Of a DNA stretch of 64,000 nt, positions 49,535-64,000 are shown one piece after another. The notes under the pieces are model-generated. The model made no database searches, was not told the origin of the DNA, and saw only the letters and a program-made list of their open reading frames with translations. Position numbers and translations under genes: made by a program. The stretch is from the human T2T-CHM13v2.0 reference genome, Homo sapiens. Position 1 is the first letter of the stretch. Each line of letters begins with the position of its first letter. The stretch lies in the NCBI RefSeq assembly GCF_009914755.1, contig NC_060936.1, one strand, 5' to 3'.

Positions 49535-50212
49535 TTTATTTATTTTTGAGACAGAGTGTCACTCTTTTGCTCAGGCTGGGGTGCAGTGACGTGATCTTGA
49601 CTCACTGCAACCTCCACTGCCCGGCTTCAAGCGACTGCCGCCCAGGTTCAAGCATTTCCCCTGCCTCAGCCTCCCAAATAGGTGGGATTACAGGCATGTA
49701 CTACCATGCCTGGCTAATTTTGTATTTTTGGTAGAGACGGGGTTTCACCATGTTGTCCAGGCTGGTTTGGAACTCCTGACCTCCACCTGCCTAGGTCTCC
49801 CAAAGTGCTGGGATTACAGGTGTGAGCCACCATGCCCAGCTCCTACTCTTCAGATCAGTCTTTCCTGACACAACCCGCAGTTCAGTCTAGGTCATGTTAC
49901 TTTGTTTATATGATAGTGCTTTCTTGTTTTGGGATGAATCTCACTCTGTCACCTAGGCTGTAGTGCAGTGGCTCAATCTCGGCTCACTGCAACCTCTGTG
50001 TCCCAGGTTCAAGCGATTCTCCTGCCTTAGCCTCCCAAGTAGGTGAGATTACAGGTGTACACCACCACACCCAGCTAATTTTTGTAATTTTAGTAGAGAC
50101 AGGGTTTCACCATGTTGGCCAGGCTGGTGTCGAACTCCTGACCTCAGGAGATCTGCCTGCCTTGGCCTCCCAAAGTGCTGGGATTACAGGCGTGAGCCAC
50201 TGGCACCTGGCC
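49535..50212 (-). mobile_element. Two antisense AluS elements (49535-49840 and 49920-50212)
   Basis: Dimeric Alu sequences. Confidence 0.88.
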
Positions 50213-51602
50213 CCATAGTGTTTTCTTGATAACACTTTCCTTCATAGCATTTATCTTAGTTCTTAGTTCTACAGGTGCTTACTCATACATGCAATTTAAA
50301 AAGTTAATATGCCTTTTACTAGACTGCAATGTAAGCTCCAAGACAGCAAGAATTGTGTGTGCTTTGGTTAGCCCTTATATCAGCAAAAACTAGTACAGTA
50401 CCTGATATGTAGTAGGTTCTTATTACACAGTGTATGAGTATATAACGCCATTCCCATTTTGACCTCAGCCTATATTCCCATCATCTTCCTATTAGGTTTC
50501 TGTGCTCCACATACTGAACTGTTTCCTTAGTCCTTCACTCTGAGGTGCTCTGTCCTTCCCCACCACCAAAAAAAAAAAAAAAAGTAATTTAAATTCCAAA
50601 CCAATTTTTCCCATGCAAACCCCTGTTCATCCTTTGAGATCCAACCTAACAGTCAACTCTTGGGTGTGATAATTTCCATATGCTCTTGAGTAGTGTTTTA
50701 TAAAATGTATTGAGATCTGTGCCCTTAGCACCATACCTAAAAGAGTAAATGCTGAAGAGACATGGACATGCCATGGACAGCTTTCAAACTGGTCAAACAG
50801 CTTCCTTAATAAGATTAATAGTGTAAATTTTTAATACCACATTTATAGAAGGAATAAATTATTCCCAGAACTTTGTGATTTCAGGGTCACCATTTAAAAG
50901 CAACTCTTGGTATTATAATAATCTACTTTTTCTGCTTTTTAAAAATATCTATTGCTAATTTTGATAGTGCTCATTTCAACTTTTTAAAATATTTAACCAT
51001 TAATCATAGATTTTTGAAAATCAGTAGGCTTCTTTATTACAATATAAGTAAGCTTCTTGATGTTAGGGGGGCCAAAGTGTATTCAACTTTTATCTGTCCT
51101 GATTTCTTAGTCCAGAGTTTCTTACATAATAGACAGTGAATAAATAAACAATAAGTAAAGAATGAATTTGTGCCGGTAGAACCATACAGGACCATAAAAC
51201 AACTTTTTACTTGGGATTATGTTTTTCTACTTAAATTGATGATCCCTGTTTTCTCTGGAAGCAGGTAACTGGCACTGCAGTGGTTCTTAGAGGTCATAAC
51301 TATTATGGTTATTTAATGGATTTTGTTTAAGTAAAACAGTTAAGATTTTTTCAGTACTTTGTGTGCAGGAGTGCCTGCATTAATGTGTTATGCAATTTTT
51401 CCACTTTCCAGAATATTAATGAAAATTAGTCATGTAGTTTTAATTTTGTTTTGTCACATTATAAAATGGGTGAGGGGCTTCCAATTAGGAGAGCTGTGTC
51501 CATTTTTTAAAAGTACGTGCTTAACTGATCTTGTATTGCCCTAATGCAAATATAAGCTTTTTTAAAAATAAGCAGTTTTACAGAACGTGGTAAGAATTAA
51601 AC

Positions 51603-51640
51603 TATTAGGTTGGTGCAAAAGTAATTGTGGTTTTTACCAT
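51603..51640. mobile_element. MADE1 (Hsmar1 MITE) fragment
   Basis: ttaggttggtgcaaaagtaattgtggttttt. Confidence 0.75.
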
Positions 51641-52332
51641 AATACCTACTTGCATGTAGTGTAAAACTTTGTCAGATCAGCATTAAATGAACGTACTAGT
51701 TATTGGAATTATCCTTAAAATTGCCTTACATGTAATGCATTTCTAAATTATTAAGTTGTTTTGCCAACCTTTACCACACAGTTTATTTCCCATGTTGCGG
51801 ACTATCTCCATAGCTGTTTATCAATTCAGCTCCAATAGTTGTTTTTTTGTTTAAACATGGATTTTGACATTTCTCTGTAGTGTACAAAATAACGTATTTT
51901 TACTAAAACTGTATCTGGTTCAAATAAAAGAAAAAAGTGTTAACTAGTTATCTTAGTTGGATTGCTTCTGTAAGTGGAGGGGAGCCAAGAATTATGGGAC
52001 AAGTTCATTTGACTTTTAAGGAGGTCTTAGGGCTTTATTTGAATGTGATTATCTCATATTCTGAGAAATCACTTTTAAAACAATGAATTGTTTGGTAAGG
52101 CATGTGGAGAAGAAAATCTGAGATGCCGTTTATACCTTATTTTACCTGAGACTCTATTTATCTTGGCCACCATTCAGTCCTTTTCATTTAAAGCTGAGAT
52201 TAGATGATTGATCACTCTGGGTTTTTGCCAGGCAACACACTGTTAAACCTTCCTTTGGCAGTGGTTCTTAAGGGGAGGGGAGGTGGGCGATGTCAGGGGG
52301 AAGAGCTACTTTTTAGAATCACCTCTTCACTA

Positions 52333-52760
<428 letters not shown>

Positions 52761-53302
52761 CTAGTGATGGGTATTTTGGAAAATTTCCAGTAATATGTGA
52801 TCATCCCCTGCAATGCAACGTACTTGTTTTGAAAGTGTTCTTAATGTTTGGAAGGTGTTCTTAATGTTTTTGGTTAAGGGCTTCCTAGATAGAATTCAAA
52901 TCTCATGTAAAGAAAAAGTAAAGAGGAACTTTTCTCACCTAAAAGCAGTGATGCAATTAATTAGAATGAAAGAGTACTCACTGTAGGTCCTGGTAGTCAA
53001 TTTGAGATCAAGACTGACCTGGGGAAAATAATTTTGGATAGTGGTACCTCATATAAAAGCATATCAGTACTTAAAAAGTCTCACCGTCTCTCTGGATACA
53101 ATGAATTTTAAGTACATTATTGCTCTTTTCCTTGGTAGCTTTTAGATTAAATTTATGATCACTTTTTTTAAAAAGTGGATGAGTTTTATAATAAAAGATG
53201 TTTCTGTTGAGTGAATGGTATAGCAGTGGATTTGAAAAATCATTATCTTTTTAAATTAATGCTTTAAAATTTTCAAATTAACAAATTTTATTTTTTTGAT
53301 AG

Positions 53303-53446
53303 GTTTATGGCTACAAATGATTTGATGACGGAACTGCAGAAAGATTCCATCAAGTTGGATGATGATAGTGAAAGGAAAGTAGTGAAAATGATTTTGAAGT
53401 TATTGGAAGATAAAAATGGAGAGGTACAGAATTTAGCTGTCAAATG
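53303..53446 (+). CDS. CAND1: CAND1 coding exon 2 (144 nt)
   Basis: T-rich acceptor ...tttgatAG; continues in frame [47 protein letters not shown]; donor TG|GTAAGT. Confidence 0.97.
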
Positions 53447-53839
53447 GTAAGTTGTTTTTTACTGGTTGAGTCTTTCTTCCTGCTCCCCCAACCCTGTTTT
53501 TAAAAACTCTATGATAAGTAGTAAATTATCTTAGCCTTGTACTATCTCTTTCTAGTGTGTGTGTGTAGAATTTTTAGGTGACTAATGTTTAGTGTTTGTA
53601 TATGGTATATATAGTGTATTTCCTTACAGCATATAAGTTACTAAATGGTATTTTCTTTTAATTCTTACGAAGTGCATGTAGGGAACTCCAAAAACAATGG
53701 TTCTCTCATTTGTTTCACTATAGTCTACATTTTTAGTTGAGTTAAAGGCCTACTTTCCTCTATGTATCTCTGTATTCCAGTGGGGATGAAATTTTAAAAT
53801 GAAATGACTAAGGAAAATTAAAAACTAATAATAATAACA

Positions 53840-54085
53840 TTCTTTTTTTTTAAGGCAGGGTCTCACCTTGTCTCCCAGGTGAGAGTGCAGTGGTGTGATC
53901 ACAGCTCGCTGCAGCCTTGACCTCCTGGACTAAAATCCTCCTGCCTCATTTTTTAAAATTTTCTTGTAGAGACAAGGTCTCACTCTGTGGCCCAGGCTGG
54001 TCTCTAACTCCTGGGCTCAAGTGATCCTCCCACCTTGGCCTCCCAAAGTGCTGGGATTATAGGCATGAGCCACCATGCCCAGCCA
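53840..54085 (-). mobile_element. AluJ with internal deletion
   Basis: TSD aaaacta(a/c)taataataa(c/a)attct on both sides. Confidence 0.85.
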
Positions 54086-54663
54086 AAAAACTACTAATAA
54101 TAAAATTCTTAATAAAGAATAGCAGCAGTTAAACCATAGTTAACTCAAAACAACACTGATGATACAATATATATATCATCAGTTGATACAATATACATAT
54201 GATACGATAGTTACAGAGAGTCTTTTCTAAGAATTATGGAGATTCTGATTGTCTTTGTGTATACATTGCAGTGGGAGCTTCTTGCTATGCATGATGTTGG
54301 CAGTTTGGTTTCTTATTTTTAGTAGGGTAAAGAATTTGAGTTCTCAATAAATTCCATTAACATACTGATTTAGTTTATGAATGTCAACTTTTAGAAACCC
54401 TTAATTTACATAGTTATTAGTATAACCTTTAGCCTCATAAAAATTATGGAATTATGTCTTTTTGTACATCATTATATTTGATATCAATTTAAATAAAGCA
54501 TTATCCCATTGTTACTTCTTTTTAAAGGATTTTAAATTTGTTTTAGCCTAAACTTTTACATATCCCTTGTAAAAGTAAATAAAAATATGAGAACTAATTT
54601 GTCAGCATAGAATTTCCAGACATGCAATACAAATTTCTTTAACTTGGGACATTTGCAAGTTTA

Positions 54664-55038
<375 letters not shown>

Positions 55039-57384
55039 TTATCTTTTAATATCTTTTTGCCATGTGCCTAATAAACAAAATTAAACTTTGTTCAAAATAT
55101 ATCCTGAATGTTTCTCAACCTTTTAAAAAAATAAGTCTTTAAAAAAGTAATCTTTGTCCCATATTGAGAGTTGGGAGGTACGTACTTCTTAGTCACTTTA
55201 GTATGTATCTTTACTCATTAGGAACCTGAGTTTCTTGACCTTTTGTTGATATTTTATATTTATAGTTAGAGGAGTTGGGGAGAAATAACATATATTCAAG
55301 AAAATAAAGGAATTAGGATATAAATAAATAGAGTAGGAGATAAAATGATAGTAAATAATCTAAGAGCTGGGTCTTGGAGGTTGGAAAATCCCAATAGATT
55401 ATTAAGCAGCCATATCAATTATTAAGCAGCCATATCAAAAAATTGGAAAAATTGAACAAAAACTTTCCATTTTTGGAAAAATTGAACAAAGAATTCATCA
55501 CCCAAAAGAAAGATCCAGAAATATTTCACACGTCTTTAAAACCTCAAAGAACAGATAATTCCAGTACAGAGAGTTGTAGTACTGTTCTAGAACATAGGGT
55601 AAGTATGAAAACCTTCCAGACTTTTATTTAAATTAAATACTGATAACAGATCCTGACTAATGATAATACTTAAAAAAAAAAGAAAGAAAACTATAGATTA
55701 GCTTCATTTAAATGTTCAAAATAAAATATAGCAGTGTATTATTAGTAACATACTGTGACTAAGATTTTAAGGGGGCAGTTCAGTATTATATGCTTTATTA
55801 ATACAGTTATTATGTTAGTAGATCAAAGGAGAAAAAACTATCTGGTTAGTTGTCAAGACACTGATAAGAGTCAACATTGAATCTTGATTAAAACAAAACG
55901 AACAAAAGCACTTAGTTTACTTAGTATAATTAGGGAGGTGAAGAACTTCCAAAAACCAGCATCATACTTGATTTGTCATTAGAGTGAAGAACAGGTTGAA
56001 GATGTATTATCCCACTTGACAGAATTCATCATCTGTTCCAGGTAAAACATGTAACAACATAGGAATTGATAGGTCCTTAAAAGAGTACACATGCATGTAC
56101 ACACACACACACACACACAAACTTTCTTCAGCCCATGCACACATACACACACACACACTTCAGCCCCCGCCCCCGACACACACACATACACACACTTACT
56201 TCAGCCCAAAAGTTATAAAATACCAGATACATTCACCCTAAAGTCAGGGACAAGGCAAATATGTGTATCTCTCTGCTGTTTCTTTTGAGGGTATTAACCA
56301 CTTTAAGACAGAGGGGTAGGAAGAAAGTTAGAGGCATAAGAATTGAAAAGTTTATGTGGGAGAAACAAGTCAATTAAGAAAAATTGAATTTACAAAAAAT
56401 TCAGTGAGGTAGGATGTAAAATTTACAAAGTTAGTAGCTTTTCATATAAGCTTTTGATAAGTAGCTTTTCATGTGGGCAATCAGAAGATACAATAGAAAG
56501 GAACACCCATTTATTATAGCAACAGAAAGACAACATAGGAGTAAATGTAACAAGAAATGTTACAGTGGTGACCTTGTATTGCAGTGTTGTGTAGTGTAAG
56601 GTAAGATTACAGTTTTCTGTTGTTCCAAATTTATGGGAGAAAAATTTTAAAATACTTGAAGATACAAAAATGTACTTGAACAAGCAGAGAGATATTTCAT
56701 GTCCTTGGATGGGATAACTCCACATCATAAAGTTTTTGGTTCTCTTCAGGTTACTTTTATGCTAAACTAATTATAAAAATATTAAGTTTTTTTCCAGAAA
56801 CTAGACAAATTGACTAAAGTATATTAGGGTTGAGAGTGAGCATGTGCTGAAGATAGTTAAGAAAACTCTGAACAGGTAGAACAATTGCTGAAGGTAGAGA
56901 GGTGTTGGTTAGCCCTATAAATATTATGTCTCTATAATCAAAGCAGTGAGGTAGTGGGGCATTCATAGACCAGTGAGGTAAAATAGAATGTAAAGTATGT
57001 TATGAAGGTGGCATCACTGAGAAAAAGATGGACCTTTTTCAAATGACTGGATAATCGTTTGATAAAATTGTATAATTTTATCATACAACATCTCCAATCA
57101 AGGTCACTATTATTCACGTTTTATTTACCATAAATTAGTTTTGCCTGTTACAAAACTCATATAAATGGAATTACGTAGTATGTGTTCCTGTGTCTGGCTA
57201 TTTTTGCTCTCATAACACCACAAGTTCATCCATGTTGTGTATATTAGTAGTTCATGCCTTTTTATTAATGATTAGTAGTCCATTGATGGTTTGTTTATTC
57301 ATTTGGTTTCTTTCATGGATTTGACTACTGTGAATAAATATACAGTGAACGTTTCGTGTACAAGTCCCTTTTAGGACATGTGTC

Positions 57385-57702
57385 TTTGTTTTATTTTATT
57401 TATTATTATTGTTTTTTTGAGACAGATTCTCGCTCAGTCGCCCTGGCTGGAGTGCAGTGGCTGGATCTCTGCTCACTGCAAGCTCTGCCTCCCGGGTTCA
57501 CTCCATTCTCCTGCCTGAGCCTCCTGACTAGCTGGGACTACAGGCACCCGCCACCACGCCCAACTAATTTTTTTGTATTTTTTAAATAGAGACGGGGTTT
57601 CACCATGTTAGCCAGGATGGTCGCGATCTCCTGACCTCATGATCCGCCCACCTCGGCTTCCCAAAGTGCTGGGATTACAGGCTTGAGCCACCGCGCCCTG
57701 CC
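57385..57702 (-). mobile_element. AluY
   Basis: gcaagctctgcctcccgggttcactccattctcc; ttagccaggatggtc. Confidence 0.9.
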
Positions 57703-58447
57703 GTCTTTATTTTTCACTGATACCCAAGAGTGAAACTGCTCTTGTTCACTTAGCTTTTTATGAAAACGCCAAATTGTTTCCCAAAGTCTATCTACCACTT
57801 TATGTGAAAGTACCAGTTGCTCCACATTCTCACCAGCCATTTGGTTGTGTCAGTTTTTAATTTTAGCCACTTCAGTAGGTGTGTAAGTGTGGTTTTAATT
57901 TCTATTTCCCTGATAACTAATGATGTCAAGAACTGTTTCCTGTGTTTTTTGGCCATTTTTTTTTTTTTGTGCATGGACTTTTTATTATCAAGTTCTAGTT
58001 CTTCTCTGAATTTGATGAGCTTAAGTTTTTAATTTTGGTTTTGAATTTACTTTAGTTTGATTTAATTTATAAGTTAATTAAAAATTTTCTTTTATGGTTA
58101 TTGTTTTCTGTGTCCTAAGAAATCTTTGTTTACCTTAGGTTGTAAAGGTTTTCTCCAAATAAGATTTCTGATTTTAGCTTTACTTTTAGTTCTGTGATCT
58201 ATCTTGAATTTATTTTTGCAAAGGATGTGAGGTAGGAATTAACTTTTTCTTTTTTTCTCCAAATGGATATCCAGTTGATGCAGCACTGTTTATTGAAAAG
58301 ACCTTCCTTCCCTTCTGAATTACTTTGGCATCTTCGTCAAAAAATCAATTGACTATAAAAGTGTGGGTCTGTTTTTAGATGCTGTTTTGTTCCATTCGTT
58401 TATTTGTCTATACTTATACCAGTACAACAGTTGCATTCATTGTAACT

Positions 58448-58637
58448 CAGGGTTTATCAGCTTTGGCATTACTTACTCTTTGGGCCAGATAATTCTTTTT
58501 GTTGTTGGGAGCTGTGTATTCTGTGTATTGTAGAGTATTTAGCAGCATCCCTGGCCAATAGCATTCCCACCTCTCCCAATTGTAACAATCAGAAATGTCT
58601 CTTGGAGAGCAAAAATTGCCCTGTTGAGAAACATGGG
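58448..58637. mobile_element. MER20 hAT relic
   Basis: tttgggccagataattcttt...tttagcagcatccctggcc...gttgagaaaca. Confidence 0.8.
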
Positions 58638-59529
58638 TGTAGATAAGTGTGAAGTAAAAGGTAATTTAAGTTCTCTAGCTTCATTCTTCCTTTCTCAAGA
58701 GTAGTTTAGTTTTTTAGGTCCTTTATATTTCCATGTAAGTTTTAGAGTTGTCAGCTTTTATTCTTAAAAATAAGCTTGCTTGAATTTTGATTAAAATTGT
58801 GTCTGTCGAAGCTTTAGGAGTATTTGAGAAGAATTTGTGTATTAACAATACTTAGTCTTTCAACCATGAACCATAGTATCTCATACTTGTTAAAGTCGTT
58901 TTTGCTGAGTCCTCAGGATTTTCTACCTAAACAATCGTCATCAGTGAATATCCCTTTCTTTCAATCCTAATTTTGGTGATTTGTGTTCCTTTTTTTTTAA
59001 TCATTAATTAATTGAATCAGGAACTTACCAGCTTTACGAATCTGAATCAAAGACCTGACTTGTCGGTTTATTAATTTTGTCTGTTGTCTGTTTCATTGAT
59101 TTTTTCTGTGATTATTGCTTTCCTAATGGGTTTCTTTCTAATTTAAACATATAAAGGTATATATTTTCCTCTAAGTATGTCTTTAGCTACATCCTACAAA
59201 TTTGGGTATATTCATTATTCAGTTTGAAATATTTTTAATTTTTGATGTGATTTTTTTTTTTTTTTTTTTTTTAGTCCATTGGTTATTTAGAAGCAGTTTC
59301 CAAATATTTGGAGGTTATCTATTTTTTTACTGGTTTATAATTGAATTCTACTGTGGTCAGGGCACCTTCTTTTAACATTTACTGAGATTTGTTTTGTGGT
59401 GTACCACATGGTAGGTCTTGGCAAATATTTTATATATACTTGAAAGTATATTCTGCAGTTGTTGGGTAAAGTGTTTTATAAGTGTCAGGTCAAGGTATTT
59501 GATAGTGTTCAGATTTATATCTTTTCTGA

Positions 59530-59821
59530 ATTTTTTTTTTTTTTTTTTTAGACTCCAGTCTGTCACCCAGGCTGGAGTGCAGTGGTGTGATCTGTGCTCA
59601 CTGCAACCTCCACCTCCCAGATTCAAGCGATTCTCAGACTGCCTCCCAAGTAACTGTGGTTACAGGCGCACACCATCTCACTTGGCTAATTTTTGTATTT
59701 TTGTAGAGACAGGGTTTCACCATGTTGGCCAGGCTGGTCTCGAACTCCTGACCTCAAGTAATCCACCCACCTCCGCCTCCCCAAGAGCTGGTATTTTAAA
59801 CATAAGCCACCATGCCTGGCC
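59530..59821 (-). mobile_element. AluS
   Basis: Antisense Alu. Confidence 0.88.
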
Positions 59822-59947
59822 GTCCTTTCTGATTTTTTGTTTAGTTGATCTGTTGACTGTTGAGAAGGATGTTAAAACTTTCAACTATGTATTACTTTTC
59901 CCTATAGTAAAGTCAGTTTCTTTTTCTTGCATTTTAAAGCTGTATAA

Positions 59948-60277
59948 TGTTAAAGACAAAATTGTTCTGATATTTGTTTAAACAGTAAGAAATACTTTAA
60001 TCAGGACTATTGTGATAGGTGTAAAGACTATTGCAATAGGCGAAAGAGATTGGTCTCAACTTCAAATACTATGACAAGTGGAAATTTCTAGCCAAAGAGT
60101 GGAAAGAGTCAGTCAGAGATGGAACATTACACAAGAGCAAACATCAGGGTTGGTGAGATTCTCACTACAGTTGGGCTATGTAGGCCTGGCAAGGACAGGG
60201 GCCCAGGGTCAAGAACTGCTTGTTGAGAAGAGGGCTGAGACGTGGCTTAGTGAAGTTTGGTCAGAGAGTCTTTGTCA
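59948..60277. mobile_element. ERV1-type solo LTR
   Basis: TG...CA termini with near-matching 4-bp flanks ATAA/ATGA, interrupting L1M sequence. Confidence 0.65.
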
Positions 60278-60604
60278 ATGACTAGGTACATAAACATTTA
60301 TAATAGTGGTGTCTTCTTGATGTATGACCCTTTTATGAATATAAGACATTTCTCTTTATCTCTGGTAATACACCTTACCTTGAAATATATTTTCTCTGAT
60401 GTTAGTAATATAGCCACTCCCGTTTATTTCAAGATTGGTGTATGTGCATATGTATCTTCTTTATTTCTTGTTTTGTCTGTTTTTATTTTAAAATTGTTTG
60501 TTGTAGATAGCAGGTAGTTAAGTCTTGTTTTTTCTTTTATTCAGTTTTATAATTTCTGCCCTTTATTTTTTATTTTTAGTTTTTTAAATACAGCATTTAA
60601 ATTT

Positions 60605-61070
<466 letters not shown>

Positions 61071-61621
61071 TGAAAGCTAGAACTCTTTAAATTCATTTTT
61101 TGAGTTCCTTTTAACTTCACTCCCAATTTTTATTATTTTATATTCGGTCTCTCCATGTATCTGCCATGTTTCAGTTATCACTGTCTTCATTTTGGATTAG
61201 GCTATATTTAACCTTTCAGTTTTTTTTATTTTTATCTTTTCTTTTAAATCACCAAATTGACCTGCCTACTACTTCTTTGGTCAAGCAGTCAGCAGTCATC
61301 AGTTGAGCATCTATTTGAGACACTGATCTGAGCATTTATCAAATTAAATTTTCATGATGTTACTTATGCTTGAAAAAATGCATTGGCTGCCAGTTTTATC
61401 ACATTTCAAGTCATTGACCAGACATTAAGAGTTCTCTGTAATATCATAGGTGGTTATTTTTCCTATGGTGTTTTCCATCTGCCTTTTGTATAAAGCAGTT
61501 CTTTTTACTCCTAATTTGTTTCAATATGCATTCTACTTGTTTTAGTCTCTGTTCTTTACAAGAACTTGTTTCCTCATTTGAAATGCTTTTCTTTTCTCAC
61601 TATCTCATGAAAGCTCAGTAC

Positions 61622-61945
<324 letters not shown>

Positions 61946-62148
61946 TCAGTCTCTTACCCTGTAAATGCTGACATTGCATTTAAAAGTTTTTTTAAATTTG
62001 TTTTTAATCATGCCAGAGTAGTGAATGCCTTCATTTCATAAATAGTTATGGAGTTCCTTAGTTCATCAACCAGATGGTTAAGTTTTTGAAGATAGGGGCC
62101 ATACTGTCTTTGTTATTCAATAATTTTGAATACAGTGACTTCTTAATA

Positions 62149-62483
62149 TAGGGGTCCTTAAACCCTGGGCCATGGACCCATACAGATCCTTGGCCTGTTG
62201 GGAACTGGGCTGTACAGCAGGAGGAGAGCAGAGGGCGAGCCAGCATTACTGCCTGAGCTTTGCCTCCTGTCAGATCAGCGGTGGCATTCGATTCTCATAG
62301 GAGCACGAACCCTATTGTAAACTGTGTGTGCAAGGCATCTAGGTTGCATGCTCCTTATGAGAATCTAGTGCCTGATGATCTGAGGTCGAACAGTTTGTCC
62401 TGAAACTGCCTCCCCTGCAAATCTGTGGAAAAATTGTCTTCCATGAAATCGGTCCCTGCTGCCAAAATGGTTGGGAACTGCTG
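62149..62483. mobile_element. MER1B hAT element
   Basis: gcctcctgtcagatcagcggtggcatt...gattctcatagg; 8-bp TSD TCTTAATA/TCTTAATG. Confidence 0.88.
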
Positions 62484-62846
62484 TCTTAATGAGATTCATG
62501 TACCAAACTTACCTACTAAAATCTATGGGAAGAACACAAAGGAAGGACTTTCCTCCATCCTCAAGAAATGGTTCAATTGGTGGACATAATGCAAACTTGT
62601 AACAACATCCATAATAGTAATGAGAAAAGTATATGCAAGGTGCTTTGGGAGCACAGGGTAGTGTAGTATTGACTTGTTTTCATCTTTACAACCAGTTACT
62701 TTATGCTTTTAACATTTAGACAAGTATATAAAAGGCACATTGTTTTATAAATCTCCTCAAGGAAATTCAAGGGCAGTGGAAATTCTTTTGGTTCATGAGG
62801 TGGTGTTTGGTAATAGAAAGAAAGGGTCAAAGTTGGCAAAGTGATG

Positions 62847-63197
62847 CAGGTTTAGTGTCCTTTATCTGAAATGCTTGTGACCAGAGTGTTTCATATTTTG
62901 TATTTTTCCAGATTTTGGAATATTTGCATATACAAAATGAGATAACTTGGGGATGGAACCCAAGTCTAAACATGAAATTAATTTATGTTTCATATATATC
63001 TCTTATACACATAGCCCGAAGGTAATTTTATATGATATTTTTAGTAATTCTGTACATTGAAGATAGGAAGGGAAAAAAATAATAATTCTCTGCACGAAAC
63101 AAAGCTTTGACTGACCAGCACATGAGGTCAGGTGTGGAATTTTCCACCATGGCACTCAAAGGGTTTTGAATTTTTAGATGAGGGATGCTAAATCTAT
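62847..63197. mobile_element. Tigger4/MER46-like relic
   Basis: caggttt...tatctgaaatgcttg...ggggatggaacccaagtctaaaca...agggatgct. Confidence 0.75.
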
Positions 63198-63264
63198 ATG
63201 TTGGATGGAACTTCCATTGTAGAAAAAACTTCTTGTTAGGAGCAGACTCCTAATTCGCCTATTG

Positions 63265-63715
<451 letters not shown>

Positions 63716-64000
63716 AAGTTTTCTGTATATTTGTCAACTAATTAGCTTTAGGGGTATGACGTGGGGTATGATACGGAAAGCAGCTTCAGTTTCATGATAC
63801 TAGGATGGAAATCAATGAGAAAAACTTGGAAACCAACTGCAAAAATCTTAACCAATCACAATTTTTTATGTCATTTGTATACTATTTATGATACAGACAT
63901 GGTATATACTTTATCTTGAAAGTTCTAGGCGGAAAGGTTAACATTTCTACTTATGTATTTTCCTGTTTTTGTGCTTATCTAGCTTTTTTTAAACAATTTC

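Larger units (their letters stand above)
55540..60550. mobile_element. Decayed L1M fragments (sense to ~57050, antisense thereafter)
   Basis: ORF2-like remnants, e.g. minus-strand LTSLVIREIEIKTT at 57792-57974. Confidence 0.6.

Noticed and set aside
59418-59981. 187-aa ORF
   Set aside because: Antisense Alu plus L1M sequence.

Overview
Primate (most likely human) genomic DNA, rich in repeats and not microbial. The right part holds the CpG-island promoter, exon 1 (CDS 41111-41178) and exon 2 (53303-53446) of CAND1 on the + strand; the gene continues past the window. About 2.8 kb upstream of the CAND1 ATG, on the - strand, is an intronless, frameshifted retrocopy of alpha-1,3-galactosyltransferase (GGTA1), consistent with GGTA2P (CDS remnant 37226-38349). 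Its 3' region appears to be interrupted by an ~8.7 kb non-coding class I (ERV1/MER4-group-like) provirus (~27045-35746) with two LTRs and a tRNA-Ile-like PBS. The most notable signal is that this provirus looks like a fossil of heavy APOBEC3-type G-to-A hypermutation: G loss increases 5' to 3' (including a 185-nt stretch with no G), the two LTRs differ directionally by G>A in GG/GA contexts, and old AluJ copies sit in the edited A-rich sites. The rest is L1 (one 5'-truncated, one twin-primed inversion), old L1M, L3/CR1, many Alus, DNA-transposon relics and several local template-switch scars. I see no new protein-coding system; nearly all ORFs in the track are repeat-derived or shadow ORFs. 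Repeat subfamily names come from recalled consensus sequences and need RepeatMasker/Dfam confirmation.
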